Shown here one piece after another: positions 1 through 9,497 of a DNA stretch of 32,000 bases. The stretch is from Candidatus Hermodarchaeota archaeon (GTDB lineage Archaea > Asgardarchaeota > Heimdallarchaeia > Hodarchaeales > Hodarchaeaceae). A program made the translations under genes and the position numbers. The stretch is taken from positions 60,001-92,000 of the forward strand of contig JBHLKY010000005.1 in the NCBI GenBank assembly GCA_048886185.1. Reading direction: 5' to 3'. Numbering within the stretch: position 1 is the first letter of the stretch; every line of letters begins with the position of its first letter. The notes under the pieces were generated by a model. It saw only the letters and a program-made list of their open reading frames with translations. It had not been told where the DNA came from and did no database searches.

Positions 1-988
1 CTTTTTTCTGTGCATCCGCAGTTAGAAATGTGTGACCTACCTTAATGCGGTCAATAACAGCAGGTGGAGAGAGTACATTTTCAAGAATAAGAGAACATTC
101 AACATTAGCAATTACACGAATTAATTTAGGATATTCATTAAGCATGAATTTAGCTAAAATAACGCCTGTAATATCCGCGAGAAGAATCCTTCCCTTTTCA
201 TCAACTATTACGGCACGGTCGCCGTCTCCATCGAATCCTACCCCGAAATCAGCATTCTCTGACGTAACCTTCTTTGAGAGGAAACTCAGTGATTCTTGGT
301 TTGGTTCTGAGCTTCGATTCGGAAATGTTGGATCGACTTCGCAGAATAAAGGAATAACATCCAAACCTATGCCTTGGAGAATTTTAGGCGCAGAAAGACA
401 TGAAGCTCCATTACCACAATCAACAACAACCTTTAATTTTTTCTCTAAAGCGAATTTGGAAGTAAGGAATTCATGATATTCCTTCTTAAGATTAGTTATT
501 GTCATTTGGCCTACTTTATTCCACGTAGGTTTGATAAACTCCCCATTAAGAAAAATTTCACAAATTTTCATATTTTCTTCTTCTGAGAAACCTACTCCTG
601 AACCATAATAAAATTTCACACCATTCCACTCTGGAGGTAAATGAGAGGCTGTAATGAAGGCTGTGGCAAAAGCGTTTCTTTTCCAAGCTGTGAACATACA
701 CGCACCAAATTGAAGCGGTTCACCTGAAAATTCGATATTAACACCTGTAGCCATCACTCCTGCCGCAAATGCATGGGCTAATAGCGAACTTGTTTGGCGA
801 ATATCATATGCAACAAAGATAAATTCATCTACTAATTCTTGCTTGAGGTGTAAAAAGGTTCCAAATGCTAAACCAATACGAAAGAGGGTTTGGGGTGTTA
901 TTTCCTCATTAAAAATACCTCTTACATCATAAGCTCTGAATATATGTTTTATACCTTCATAATTTGTTGGATGGGGCAATTTTTTCAC
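1..988 (-). CDS. Phosphohexomutase (phosphomannomutase/phosphoglucomutase family), 3' end truncated by window edge
   Basis: Not in the ORF track. Manual minus-strand translation from GTG at 988 gives IFRAYDVRG, the phosphoserine loop ITASHLPPEWNGVKF, VVDCGNGA, PTFPNRSSEP and the metal loop GFDGDGDR. Confidence 0.93.
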   Translation of the reverse strand, partial: MKKLPHPTNYEGIKHIFRAYDVRGIFNEEITPQTLFRIGLAFGTFLHLKQELVDEFIFVAYDIRQTSSLLAHAFAAGVMATGVNIEFSGEPLQFGACMFTAWKRNAFATAFITASHLPPEWNGVKFYYGSGVGFSEEENMKICEIFLNGEFIKPTWNKVGQMTITNLKKEYHEFLTSKFALEKKLKVVVDCGNGASCLSAPKILQGIGLDVIPLFCEVDPTFPNRSSEPNQESLSFLSKKVTSENADFGVGFDGDGDRAVIVDEKGRILLADITGVILAKFMLNEYPKLIRVIANVECSLILENVLSPPAVIDRIKVGHTFLTADAQKK

Positions 989-1002
989 CTTTGGTATTAT
1001 GA

Positions 1003-1377
1003 TCAATAAAAGAGCTCACCCATCTTGGCAATCTCTTTTTGTACCTCTACTGGATCATCGTCTTTCAAATAACAGAGAAAATAGTATTTATTCTTACAGA
1101 TTTGGATCACAAGTGATCCATAACCCTTTGGACTTGATAAACACCAATAGTTCGGATAAGCATTAATAACTGAGTTATATTTGACTCCAGCAACACGAGT
1201 GGAAGGAGGGAATGTAACCCATTCTGATAATAGGTAATATCCATCAACAAGATTTTGCTTTCCTGCTTGAGGGAAAGCCCCTTGATGATAGAATATATTT
1301 CCATAGGGATCAAGAATAATAAAACCAGTAATGATGTGTTTATTAAAAAGTTTATTTAAAATACTACGATAAGGCAT
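1003..1377 (-). CDS. Profilin-like protein (Asgard profilin)
   Basis: 124 aa. The order of elements matches my recollection of Asgard profilins: N-terminal helix, GFIILDPYGNIFY strand-turn-strand, PSTRVAGVKY, GYGSLVIQ, YYFLCY, and C-terminal helix PVEVQKEIAKMGELF. Confidence 0.78.
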   Translation of the reverse strand: MPYRSILNKLFNKHIITGFIILDPYGNIFYHQGAFPQAGKQNLVDGYYLLSEWVTFPPSTRVAGVKYNSVINAYPNYWCLSSPKGYGSLVIQICKNKYYFLCYLKDDDPVEVQKEIAKMGELFY

Positions 1378-1693
1378 ACCTTCAACTCTTAAATACGTCT
1401 ATTTTGTTCTTTATTTTATTAGAACTGTTCTTTATCTTTCTTTTTGCTTAAGTATATTCCGAATATTATTCTTATTGATATTTGGTTTTAATGATGATGG
1501 AGATAATTTAGAAGAGACTTAATATTGTAATTTCAGAAATCATCTTCTTAATCTTAACATAATTCTTGATTATATTGTTGATCGAAACTTTTTTCTGATA
1601 TCAAAAAAGAAAAATTAATGACATGATTCCTTTTTTATCTGAATTAGGCACAAATTCAGATATTTATATAGAGATCTAGGATCAATTAAACTC

Positions 1694-3034
1694 ATGAAAC
1701 CCTCTAAGAATAATACAGAAGTTATGGTCGAATGTCCTGGTTGCCAGAAGATGGTTCCTATAACCCAGTTCTGTATCTTATGTGGTTTCAACATGAATGC
1801 TACTAAATTCGAAAATCTTAATCAACAAAGATTGGTATCATGCCCACACTGCAAAAAAAATGTCCCAAATACAGTCTTTTGTATATCTTGCGGAAAAAAA
1901 ATAGATTCTAAATCACAGGCTCAAGAAATAGAGACTTCTGAAACAGAAAAATGTCCATTGTGTCGTAAAGAGGTTCCCTCTGATCACAATTTCTGCCATC
2001 TATGTGGAGCTAGACTGAAAAAGAAAATAATGAATGGACAAGATGAGAATGTACTTTGTAATAGGTGTTGGAAACCTAATCCCACTGGTACAGATTATTG
2101 TATTCATTGTGGAGCAAATCGTCAAGTTAAACGTTCAAAACTACTAATGGAACCCTTTGAAGGATTTCAATTAGACCTCTCACACTTTTTTCAGCCTGTT
2201 TCTGTTCCTCTCTCCACTCTCAGACAAACTCTTATTTCATCAAAGGATTTCCCATTAAAGAGTACTATTTCATATTCTAAATATTTTGGTGTTACTAAAA
2301 CGCGAAAAGCATCAAGTCTGTTCCGAAATCTTGGAGGATTTGATAGAACTAACATGATACATTATTTTGGAACAATGATCTTAATTCTTTTAATCTATAT
2401 TTTCTGGTTTCAAGGCCGTTATGGTGTTCTTGTAGAACAATATAATCCTGTTAACGATGGAATCTTGGCTATTTTCTTTGGAGGTGTGTATTTGACATCA
2501 TTGTTGATGATACCTCTATGGTTATCAACATTCATGGTGTACAGAAATACTGGATATAGACTGAATTACAGATTGGATTCATCTCGTATTTTTATCACAA
2601 TAATTTTCAATCTTCTTTGGATTATTTTTCCCTTTTTTGGTCCTATAATACTGCAATTGGGCGATTTTAAAGATCCTCAAGAACATGTTGTTGCAAATAA
2701 ATCTTTCATTCGAGGTATTGCATGGGGATCTGTATTAACTATCAATTTCACTTTGATTTTAGCTCTTATGAATCTTTTTACAATCGGTTTCCCTGGTTTA
2801 TTTACTGGATTTTTATTCCAAGATAGTTCAATTAAAATTCACCTATTAACAAGTTATTTTGGTGCAACATGGATCTCTCTTATCATTCTTCTTCCATTTG
2901 GAGACTATTTCGATAAGGTTATTAAACGCTGGAATCAAGTAGGTTATCTAATTTTACTTGCGATTGGTTTACTTTTGTTAACACATTCATTCAATTTGAT
3001 GGGATTATTAAACCAGAATATATATCGAGTATAA
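1694..3034 (+). CDS. Multi-zinc-ribbon protein fused to an M50/site-2-protease-like membrane domain lacking catalytic motifs
   Basis: Eight CxxC motifs in the first 140 aa (four double-zinc-ribbon-type units) and about 6 hydrophobic segments in the C-terminal half. GIAWGSVLTIN and LLPFGDYFDKVIKRWN resemble the M50 motifs GxIAxAGPxxN and NLLPxxPLDGxxxxxW. Confidence 0.7.
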   Translation: MKPSKNNTEVMVECPGCQKMVPITQFCILCGFNMNATKFENLNQQRLVSCPHCKKNVPNTVFCISCGKKIDSKSQAQEIETSETEKCPLCRKEVPSDHNFCHLCGARLKKKIMNGQDENVLCNRCWKPNPTGTDYCIHCGANRQVKRSKLLMEPFEGFQLDLSHFFQPVSVPLSTLRQTLISSKDFPLKSTISYSKYFGVTKTRKASSLFRNLGGFDRTNMIHYFGTMILILLIYIFWFQGRYGVLVEQYNPVNDGILAIFFGGVYLTSLLMIPLWLSTFMVYRNTGYRLNYRLDSSRIFITIIFNLLWIIFPFFGPIILQLGDFKDPQEHVVANKSFIRGIAWGSVLTINFTLILALMNLFTIGFPGLFTGFLFQDSSIKIHLLTSYFGATWISLIILLPFGDYFDKVIKRWNQVGYLILLAIGLLLLTHSFNLMGLLNQNIYRV

Positions 3035-3185
3035 TATATTAAAATAAAAAATAAACATCAAAACTTACTTAATAATATGTGTTTATTATGAAAATTATTC
3101 CTTATATCTTCAGTTACGATTTACTTTTATTTTTCGATTATTGATACTAATTGGTATCTTTCTGTTATTTTGAGGAATCTAAACG

Positions 3186-4196
3186 ATGTCTAACGATCCA
3201 ATAAAGATATCTGTAGTTGGTACAGGTAGAATGGGCTATTATCATGCCCGTTTATTATCACGTTTGGGATACTTGGACTCTATTGTTGATTCTAATCCTG
3301 AAACTGCTGAAGCTGTTGGCCAGCAATTTGGAACTCCTTGGTTCTCTAGCATAGAGTCGATGATCGAAAAACAGGTTCCTAATGGTATAATCATTGCAGT
3401 GCCAACGGAAAAACATCCCAGTGTTGCAGCTGATGTGATTAAATACATTCCAGATCTAAAAGCTTTGTTGATAGAGAAACCTATTGCACCTTCAGTAGCT
3501 CAAGCAATCGATTTGAAGACAACGTTAACTAAATCAAAAGCTAAAGTTATCATAGGTCACATCGAAGTTTTCAATCCAATAGTTAAGCGAATAGGGGAAA
3601 TTTTAAGTAAAGAGAATTTGATTGGAATCCCACGTACAGTTCTTTTTCAACGTCGAGGAGCTGTAGCGGAAACTCGTATTGAATCCATTGGTGACGTGTA
3701 TGGGGATATAGGAGTACATGATTTTGATATCGCGCTTAGATTATTTATTAAGGGCAAAATAAAACTCTTTTCTACTGCAGTAAAACTTAATGGTCTAGCA
3801 AATTCGAGTATAATTGTGCTTTCTTCGGAAGAGAAAGAATGCAATGTAACATTCCTTATGAGTCGCGAATATGCTGGAAAATTACGAACAATTGATATTG
3901 AAGGAACAAGAGCTACTCTTTGTGCAAATCTTTTAACCCAAATGCTTGAAATGCGTAGTCTTGAGATTGCTCGGGGAGATAAAGATGTTTCTGCTATCAG
4001 CATTCCTTTCTCTAATGGGGAACAAATTAAGGTCTATGGTGAGCCCTTACTGCATGAAATTTGGAATTTCGTTGATTGTATCCAGGATAAAGCTAATCCT
4101 ATTGTATCTATTGAAGATGGAATTAATGTACTAAGAATTGTAGAAGCTGCACGAAAGAGTATAGAAAAAAGCAGCGTTATACACCTAGAAGTTTAG
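3186..4196 (+). CDS. Gfo/Idh/MocA family NAD(P)-dependent oxidoreductase (similar type to nucleotide-sugar 3-dehydrogenases)
   Basis: VVGTGRMG Rossmann motif, LIEKPIA, DIGVHDFD. SD-like GAGGA upstream of the ATG. Confidence 0.92.
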   Translation: MSNDPIKISVVGTGRMGYYHARLLSRLGYLDSIVDSNPETAEAVGQQFGTPWFSSIESMIEKQVPNGIIIAVPTEKHPSVAADVIKYIPDLKALLIEKPIAPSVAQAIDLKTTLTKSKAKVIIGHIEVFNPIVKRIGEILSKENLIGIPRTVLFQRRGAVAETRIESIGDVYGDIGVHDFDIALRLFIKGKIKLFSTAVKLNGLANSSIIVLSSEEKECNVTFLMSREYAGKLRTIDIEGTRATLCANLLTQMLEMRSLEIARGDKDVSAISIPFSNGEQIKVYGEPLLHEIWNFVDCIQDKANPIVSIEDGINVLRIVEAARKSIEKSSVIHLEV

Positions 4197-4197
4197 A

Positions 4198-6594
4198 TTA
4201 GAAAGAATCATAAATTTTCTCAATAATGAGAAACCATGCTGATATTTTAAGTTCCAATTCATCGTAAATTGGAAAAGGATAGAACTTCAAATGATGTTGC
4301 GTACCTTGATCATCCTCGAGAATAGATTCAAAAATATTCTCATCTAGATTTTTCTGATAAATTAAGTCTCTGAATTGATCTGTTAATCCAACTTCTTGGA
4401 AGGGGTGGAAATTAAGGATATTGATGGTCTTTAAATCTAATATCTCTGTAAACTTCAGAAATTCTTGAGCACTTTTATTATATGCAATAACTCGCCCCAA
4501 ATTATCAACCTTTAACCATCCTAATGGTAAATTAGCAACTAAAGTTTCATATTCTTGTGTTACTTCCCGAAGATATTTTTCTATTCTTTTCTGTTCAGTT
4601 AAATCAGCGACTGTTACTACAGCACCAGCTACTTTATCGTCTACCATTAGTGGAACAGACCTAACTGAGGCCTTAACTTCATCTCCTTGTGCTGTTATAT
4701 AAGTCAATAAAAGGTAATCTTCACTTTTTTTTCCCTCCATCCTATCTTGAGTAAGTTCATTAACTCGTGCATGCTCATATTGAGGGAAAAGATCGAAAAT
4801 GCTTTTTCCAATAAGTGTGTGCTTTTTATAACCAAGCATCTTCTTTAATCTAGGATTTGCTGAAGTTATTTTTAAATTTCGGTCATATGTGTACAGTCCA
4901 TCAGTCATTGAATCAATGATTGATTCTAGAAATTCCTTGGTTGAATGGAGTTCTTTTTCCCTTAATTTCTCCTCTGTAATATCACGAATAAATCCATAGG
5001 TTTCTGTTACATTCCCATTTTCATCCTTAATAGCAGCTGCAGTCACACGGGCTGAAACTTTATTCCCAGAGCGGTGATAGAATTCTAGTTCGTAAGTATC
5101 TTCTGTTTCTTCTTTTGCTAGACGTTGTTGTGTTTTCAATTGTAAAAGATCAGCACTTTTGGGAGTAACAAAATCCAATACAGACACTCCTATCATTTCA
5201 TGAGGACTGTATCCTAATAATTGAGCTACACTATCATTTACATATATGGTATTTTCATTTGTGATATCCGTAATCCAAACTCCAATTGCTGCTTGCTCAA
5301 TGAGGGTTTGAAAGCGTTGTGCATAAGATCTGGTTTCCTCCTCGGCCATTTTCTTTGCTGTAACATCACGAATCACTTTAGCAATACGGTAACCTTTAGA
5401 ATGTTCAATGATAAACAAAGTAACCTCAAGAATGCGAATAGACTTATCATTAACGTTTTTTATACAAAACTCGAGGAATTTAGGGGATTTTACTCTATCA
5501 GGGCTCATAAATTGTTTAATATCATCAACAATCTTTGAAAATGGTTCAGATTTTTCAACAGAAAAGGTAGTATTCTTTGGTGGCTCTAATTGTTTAAGAA
5601 TTTCCCAAATAGATTGACCCAGGGTATCTTCGGCTGAAAAACCAGTAATTGTTGTTGCAGAAGGATTCCAATCTAAGATGGTACCTTCTTGATCTATGAT
5701 AATTATGCCTTCAATTGATCCCTCGACAATTTTCCTATGTTTTTCTTCAGAATCAATCAGAGCTTGTTGAGTTTTTACTTGTTGAGTTATATCACGAGCG
5801 ATGGCTTGAATACCAGTTACTATATTGGTTTTTTTGCCAAATATTGGTCGAGCTGTGATATCTAAATGTAAAATTTGTTGATATTTTGTTAGGGAGCGAA
5901 GCATCCTACTTTCGGTATTTCCCCTACAGATAGAGTGAAGCATCTCTTGCCATTTATCATAATCATCTTGATAAGCTAAATTTTTTACTGTAAGATTATG
6001 ACTCTCTTCATGAGTATACCCATAGATCGATAAGAAATTTCTATTTGTTTCCTGTAAATCTCCTTTAGAGTCAAAAATAAATATCAATCCTGCAGAATTT
6101 TCAAATAGATCACGATAACGTGATTCAGATTTTTGCAATTCTTTTTGAAGCCAATAACGATCTATTGTCTGTCGAATTGAAGTTGCCATCAGGCTAAAGT
6201 ATCCAGGTTGAACTCTCTTTATGAAATAACCACTTGCACCGAGCTGTAAAGCTTCAGATGCAATCTCTTCAGAACCTTGTCCTGTAACAAAAATAACAGG
6301 AGTATCAATATTCATAGCTGTAAACTTTCGCATGAGGTGAATACCGTCAGACGGGAAAGTCTTTCCCTGTATTTGGATTGTCCCAGGTAGACGATGATCA
6401 CAAAGGATACAGTCAAATGTGTCAGATTCAAGTGTTTCTATTGCTTCATTTGCAGACAAAGCTGGAGTAATTTTGAACCCTGGATCTACATCTTGAAACT
6501 TTTTAACTAGAAGCCGAATGAACCATTCATCATCATCAATCGCAAGAATTTTGGCATCTTTCAAGGTTTTCTTAACATGAGGTCGTGTTGCCAT
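4198..6594 (-). CDS. Response-regulator receiver domain plus five PAS domains, no kinase or other output domain
   Basis: REC: ILAIDDD, ILCDHRLPG (phosphoacceptor D), VIFVTGQGSEEIASEALQLGASGYFIK. PAS starts: YRDLFENS, HRKIVEGSIEG, FQTLIEQAAIG, LESIIDSMTDG, YETLVANLPLG. The first four end in ARDIT/IRDVT/IRDIT/VADLT. Confidence 0.92.
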   Translation of the reverse strand: MATRPHVKKTLKDAKILAIDDDEWFIRLLVKKFQDVDPGFKITPALSANEAIETLESDTFDCILCDHRLPGTIQIQGKTFPSDGIHLMRKFTAMNIDTPVIFVTGQGSEEIASEALQLGASGYFIKRVQPGYFSLMATSIRQTIDRYWLQKELQKSESRYRDLFENSAGLIFIFDSKGDLQETNRNFLSIYGYTHEESHNLTVKNLAYQDDYDKWQEMLHSICRGNTESRMLRSLTKYQQILHLDITARPIFGKKTNIVTGIQAIARDITQQVKTQQALIDSEEKHRKIVEGSIEGIIIIDQEGTILDWNPSATTITGFSAEDTLGQSIWEILKQLEPPKNTTFSVEKSEPFSKIVDDIKQFMSPDRVKSPKFLEFCIKNVNDKSIRILEVTLFIIEHSKGYRIAKVIRDVTAKKMAEEETRSYAQRFQTLIEQAAIGVWITDITNENTIYVNDSVAQLLGYSPHEMIGVSVLDFVTPKSADLLQLKTQQRLAKEETEDTYELEFYHRSGNKVSARVTAAAIKDENGNVTETYGFIRDITEEKLREKELHSTKEFLESIIDSMTDGLYTYDRNLKITSANPRLKKMLGYKKHTLIGKSIFDLFPQYEHARVNELTQDRMEGKKSEDYLLLTYITAQGDEVKASVRSVPLMVDDKVAGAVVTVADLTEQKRIEKYLREVTQEYETLVANLPLGWLKVDNLGRVIAYNKSAQEFLKFTEILDLKTINILNFHPFQEVGLTDQFRDLIYQKNLDENIFESILEDDQGTQHHLKFYPFPIYDELELKISAWFLIIEKIYDSF

Positions 6595-6919
6595 GCGTAC
6601 TTACCTTCATTTCCATTTTCATTCAATGAAGTAAAATTTACAATAATTAAATTGATTTATTCTAGTTGAAGTGTAAGTTAATTCAAGAATGTTTGTAGAG
6701 GTGTTGTTTTTAGTAGCTTTGATCGAGGTTATGTATCTTTCGTGTTACTTCTTTTTCCAACCCTTTAGAATTAAACTACAGGATTGCTTTTAGTATTTTT
6801 CAGAAGCTGGGAAGAGGTTTCTAATTATAAATTTATCCATACATCAAAAAATTATTATAAATAACTTTGGTTGAAACTGTAATATAAACAACAGAGGTAT
6901 AATTCAGACAAATAACCTT

Positions 6920-9481
6920 ATGGCTACATCTAGTCTAATCTTCATTGGAATGAGGAGACATTCTTTGAATTTGTTAATCAATATATATCAAACCACATTG
7001 AATGAGCTGAAGGATTATCAAATTACTCAAATCAAGAAGAAAAACAAATTAATTCTTTTTTATCATAATCTCTTGAAAAGAACAATTTTTTTTGCCTTTT
7101 ATTCGAATAATTTAAGACAAAATATTCCCTCAAATACAGAGGGGACGACTACTTTGCATTCAAAAGATATTTTTTACAATTTGATTGAATTATCCCCCTT
7201 TAGTATGATTGCGGATATTTTCTTTCCATTAAATTCTGAAATAGTAGAATTATTCAAAAGAGAAAGAAAAGAATTCATTAATATTGCCTTGAGAAAATTA
7301 ATTCAGAATTTCTCATGGGAATTATCTCAAAATGATGATTCAGAAGAAAGTAAACAAATAATAACCCCAGGAATATTTGAACTTCTATATCATAAAAAAA
7401 AGATACAAAATCATGGAGTCGTATATACACCTTATCATCTTGCACATTGGATTGTTAAAATTAGTTTACAGCGCCATTTAGCGAAGGTCCTTAAATTATC
7501 AAATTTTTCTATTGACAATATTTCGAGATTAAATTCTGAAAAGAAACATGTACTTAAGGATTATATTTCAAAAATACACATATTAGATATCTCTGTAGGC
7601 TGTGGTGCTTTCTTCCTAGCATCTTTAAAGTGCCTTCTGACATTATTTAATCATCTTTCTTCAGAAGAAGGAAATTCATTTACTAACATGAAGAAAATAT
7701 TGTTGAATAATCTTTTTGGAGTAGATATTGATGAAAAAGCTCTTAATGTATGTAGGATTCAGATATATTTTCTATTACTTCAAGAAAAACCTCTTCTAGA
7801 ATTTAGTAAAATAGTAGAAATTATAAATAATCTTAATCTAAAAACTGGAAATTCATTAGTAGGATTCATCTCAAACCCGGATAGAGAAAATATCTTTGAT
7901 AAAGATGGGTACAATGACCTTTTATTTCAAAAAATAACTTATGAGAATAATGATAAACATAGGTATGTACAAGAAAAGGGCATATTTCACTGGTTTTTAG
8001 AATTTCCAAAGGTATTCAAAGCATCTGAAAACTCTGGATTCGATATAATTATTGGAAATCCTCCATATATTGGATATCGCTATATAAGTAAATCAGTAAA
8101 ACATATTTTAAAACATTTCTATCCTCGAATTTATACGGGATTGAATGATTACTATTATTATTTTATTTGGAGATCTAAGCAACTATTAGCTCCGAATGGA
8201 GATAGTGCTTTGATTGTTGCTAGATATTTTTTAGAGGCTAGATATGCACATAAATTAAGATCACAACTCTTCGGTTCCAACTTTGTTGATGTAATCATTG
8301 ATTTTAGGGAATTTAAAATCTTTTCAAAAGGAATTAACACAGTAATCCTTTTCCTTAACAATACTAGTAAGTTTAATCAAAGATGTCGTATGTTGATTTT
8401 AAAACAATATAAAATACCTTTACAGTCGCTACTTCAGAATTTGGAGATTATCTTGGAGACTCTCTCCCCAAGATCAAATCATATTTTCCATAGCTTTTGG
8501 ATTAATAACGCTGAAGTTAAAAATGATAAATTATTATTTGTTTCTCCTGCTTTAAGAACTATAATTACTAAAATTGACAATCAAAGCATATCTTTAGAGA
8601 AAGTATGTGATATTGGGACAGGGTATCATTCAGGAAAAGATATGATTTTCTCACCGCTCATCAAAGAGAAAGAGGGAGAATTGACCGCGATAATTACTCA
8701 CAAAGGTAAAAAACTCTATTTCCCTTTGGAAAAAGAAATTGTCAAAGAAATAGTGAAAACACAGGATATTTTACCATTTACAATCACATGGAGTAGCAAA
8801 TTTGTTATACTAGCCAGACGGGGTCTTAATATCAATGAATTTCCGTTAACAAAAAAATATTTAGAACAATTTCAGGATATTTTAATAGAACGATATGAGG
8901 TGAAAAAGAAACTCGCAAAATGGTACGAAATCGCCCAAGTTCGCAATTTCAAGCTTTTTAATGCGAAACTGAAGATATTTTGTCCTTATAGGGCTCGTAC
9001 CCCAAGATTTGCTATTGATAGGAATAAAAGGTTCAGTTCAATAGATTGTACCTCACTTGTACTTAAGAAATCTAGTTCATTGAATATTTATTATATCTTA
9101 GGTGTTCTAAATTCTGAATTAATAGAATATTACCTTTATGCTATAGCAAAGAAGATAGATGCTCGGAAAATTGAGCTATATCCTAAAACAATATCTAAAA
9201 TACCTCTAAAAATCCCCCAAAAAAAGAGAGATATTATACTTGCTGATAAAATAGCAGGCAATACGCTAAAGATAATAAAAATTCTAGAATCTCAAAACTT
9301 CACTTCAAAACAACACCAATTATTGATAAAATATGGCAAAAAGGGATTTGCTATGATTTATAGTGGGAGAAAGGAATTAAATAAACTAATAGATACAAAT
9401 GATATCTTAGTTTACCAGCTTTATGGAGTAGATTCTCAGAAAGAAGTCTTGAAGAGAGAAATCGTTCATCCACCAGCCTAA
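6920..9481 (+). CDS. Amino-DNA methyltransferase, Eco57I/TaqI-like (gamma class) with C-terminal target recognition domain
   Basis: GVVYTP, ILDISVGCGAF (motif I), LFGVDID, NLKTGNSL, FHWFLEFP, FDIIIGNPPY (motif IV). TaqI-like C-terminal region ending YYILGVLNS...VYQLYG. Exact start uncertain. Confidence 0.9.
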   Translation: MATSSLIFIGMRRHSLNLLINIYQTTLNELKDYQITQIKKKNKLILFYHNLLKRTIFFAFYSNNLRQNIPSNTEGTTTLHSKDIFYNLIELSPFSMIADIFFPLNSEIVELFKRERKEFINIALRKLIQNFSWELSQNDDSEESKQIITPGIFELLYHKKKIQNHGVVYTPYHLAHWIVKISLQRHLAKVLKLSNFSIDNISRLNSEKKHVLKDYISKIHILDISVGCGAFFLASLKCLLTLFNHLSSEEGNSFTNMKKILLNNLFGVDIDEKALNVCRIQIYFLLLQEKPLLEFSKIVEIINNLNLKTGNSLVGFISNPDRENIFDKDGYNDLLFQKITYENNDKHRYVQEKGIFHWFLEFPKVFKASENSGFDIIIGNPPYIGYRYISKSVKHILKHFYPRIYTGLNDYYYYFIWRSKQLLAPNGDSALIVARYFLEARYAHKLRSQLFGSNFVDVIIDFREFKIFSKGINTVILFLNNTSKFNQRCRMLILKQYKIPLQSLLQNLEIILETLSPRSNHIFHSFWINNAEVKNDKLLFVSPALRTIITKIDNQSISLEKVCDIGTGYHSGKDMIFSPLIKEKEGELTAIITHKGKKLYFPLEKEIVKEIVKTQDILPFTITWSSKFVILARRGLNINEFPLTKKYLEQFQDILIERYEVKKKLAKWYEIAQVRNFKLFNAKLKIFCPYRARTPRFAIDRNKRFSSIDCTSLVLKKSSSLNIYYILGVLNSELIEYYLYAIAKKIDARKIELYPKTISKIPLKIPQKKRDIILADKIAGNTLKIIKILESQNFTSKQHQLLIKYGKKGFAMIYSGRKELNKLIDTNDILVYQLYGVDSQKEVLKREIVHPPA

Positions 9482-9497
9482 TTTAAAGGAGCCACCA

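Noticed and set aside
45-476. 143-aa + strand ORF
   Set aside because: Antisense shadow of the phosphohexomutase, which has all its motifs on the minus strand.
1107-1313. 68-aa alternate-frame ORF within the profilin-like gene
   Set aside because: Fully nested in a better-supported gene; no motif.
3242-5617. Short ORFs 3242-3448, 3647-4003, 3946-4134, 5221-5538, 5408-5617
   Set aside because: Nested in or antisense to well-supported genes.
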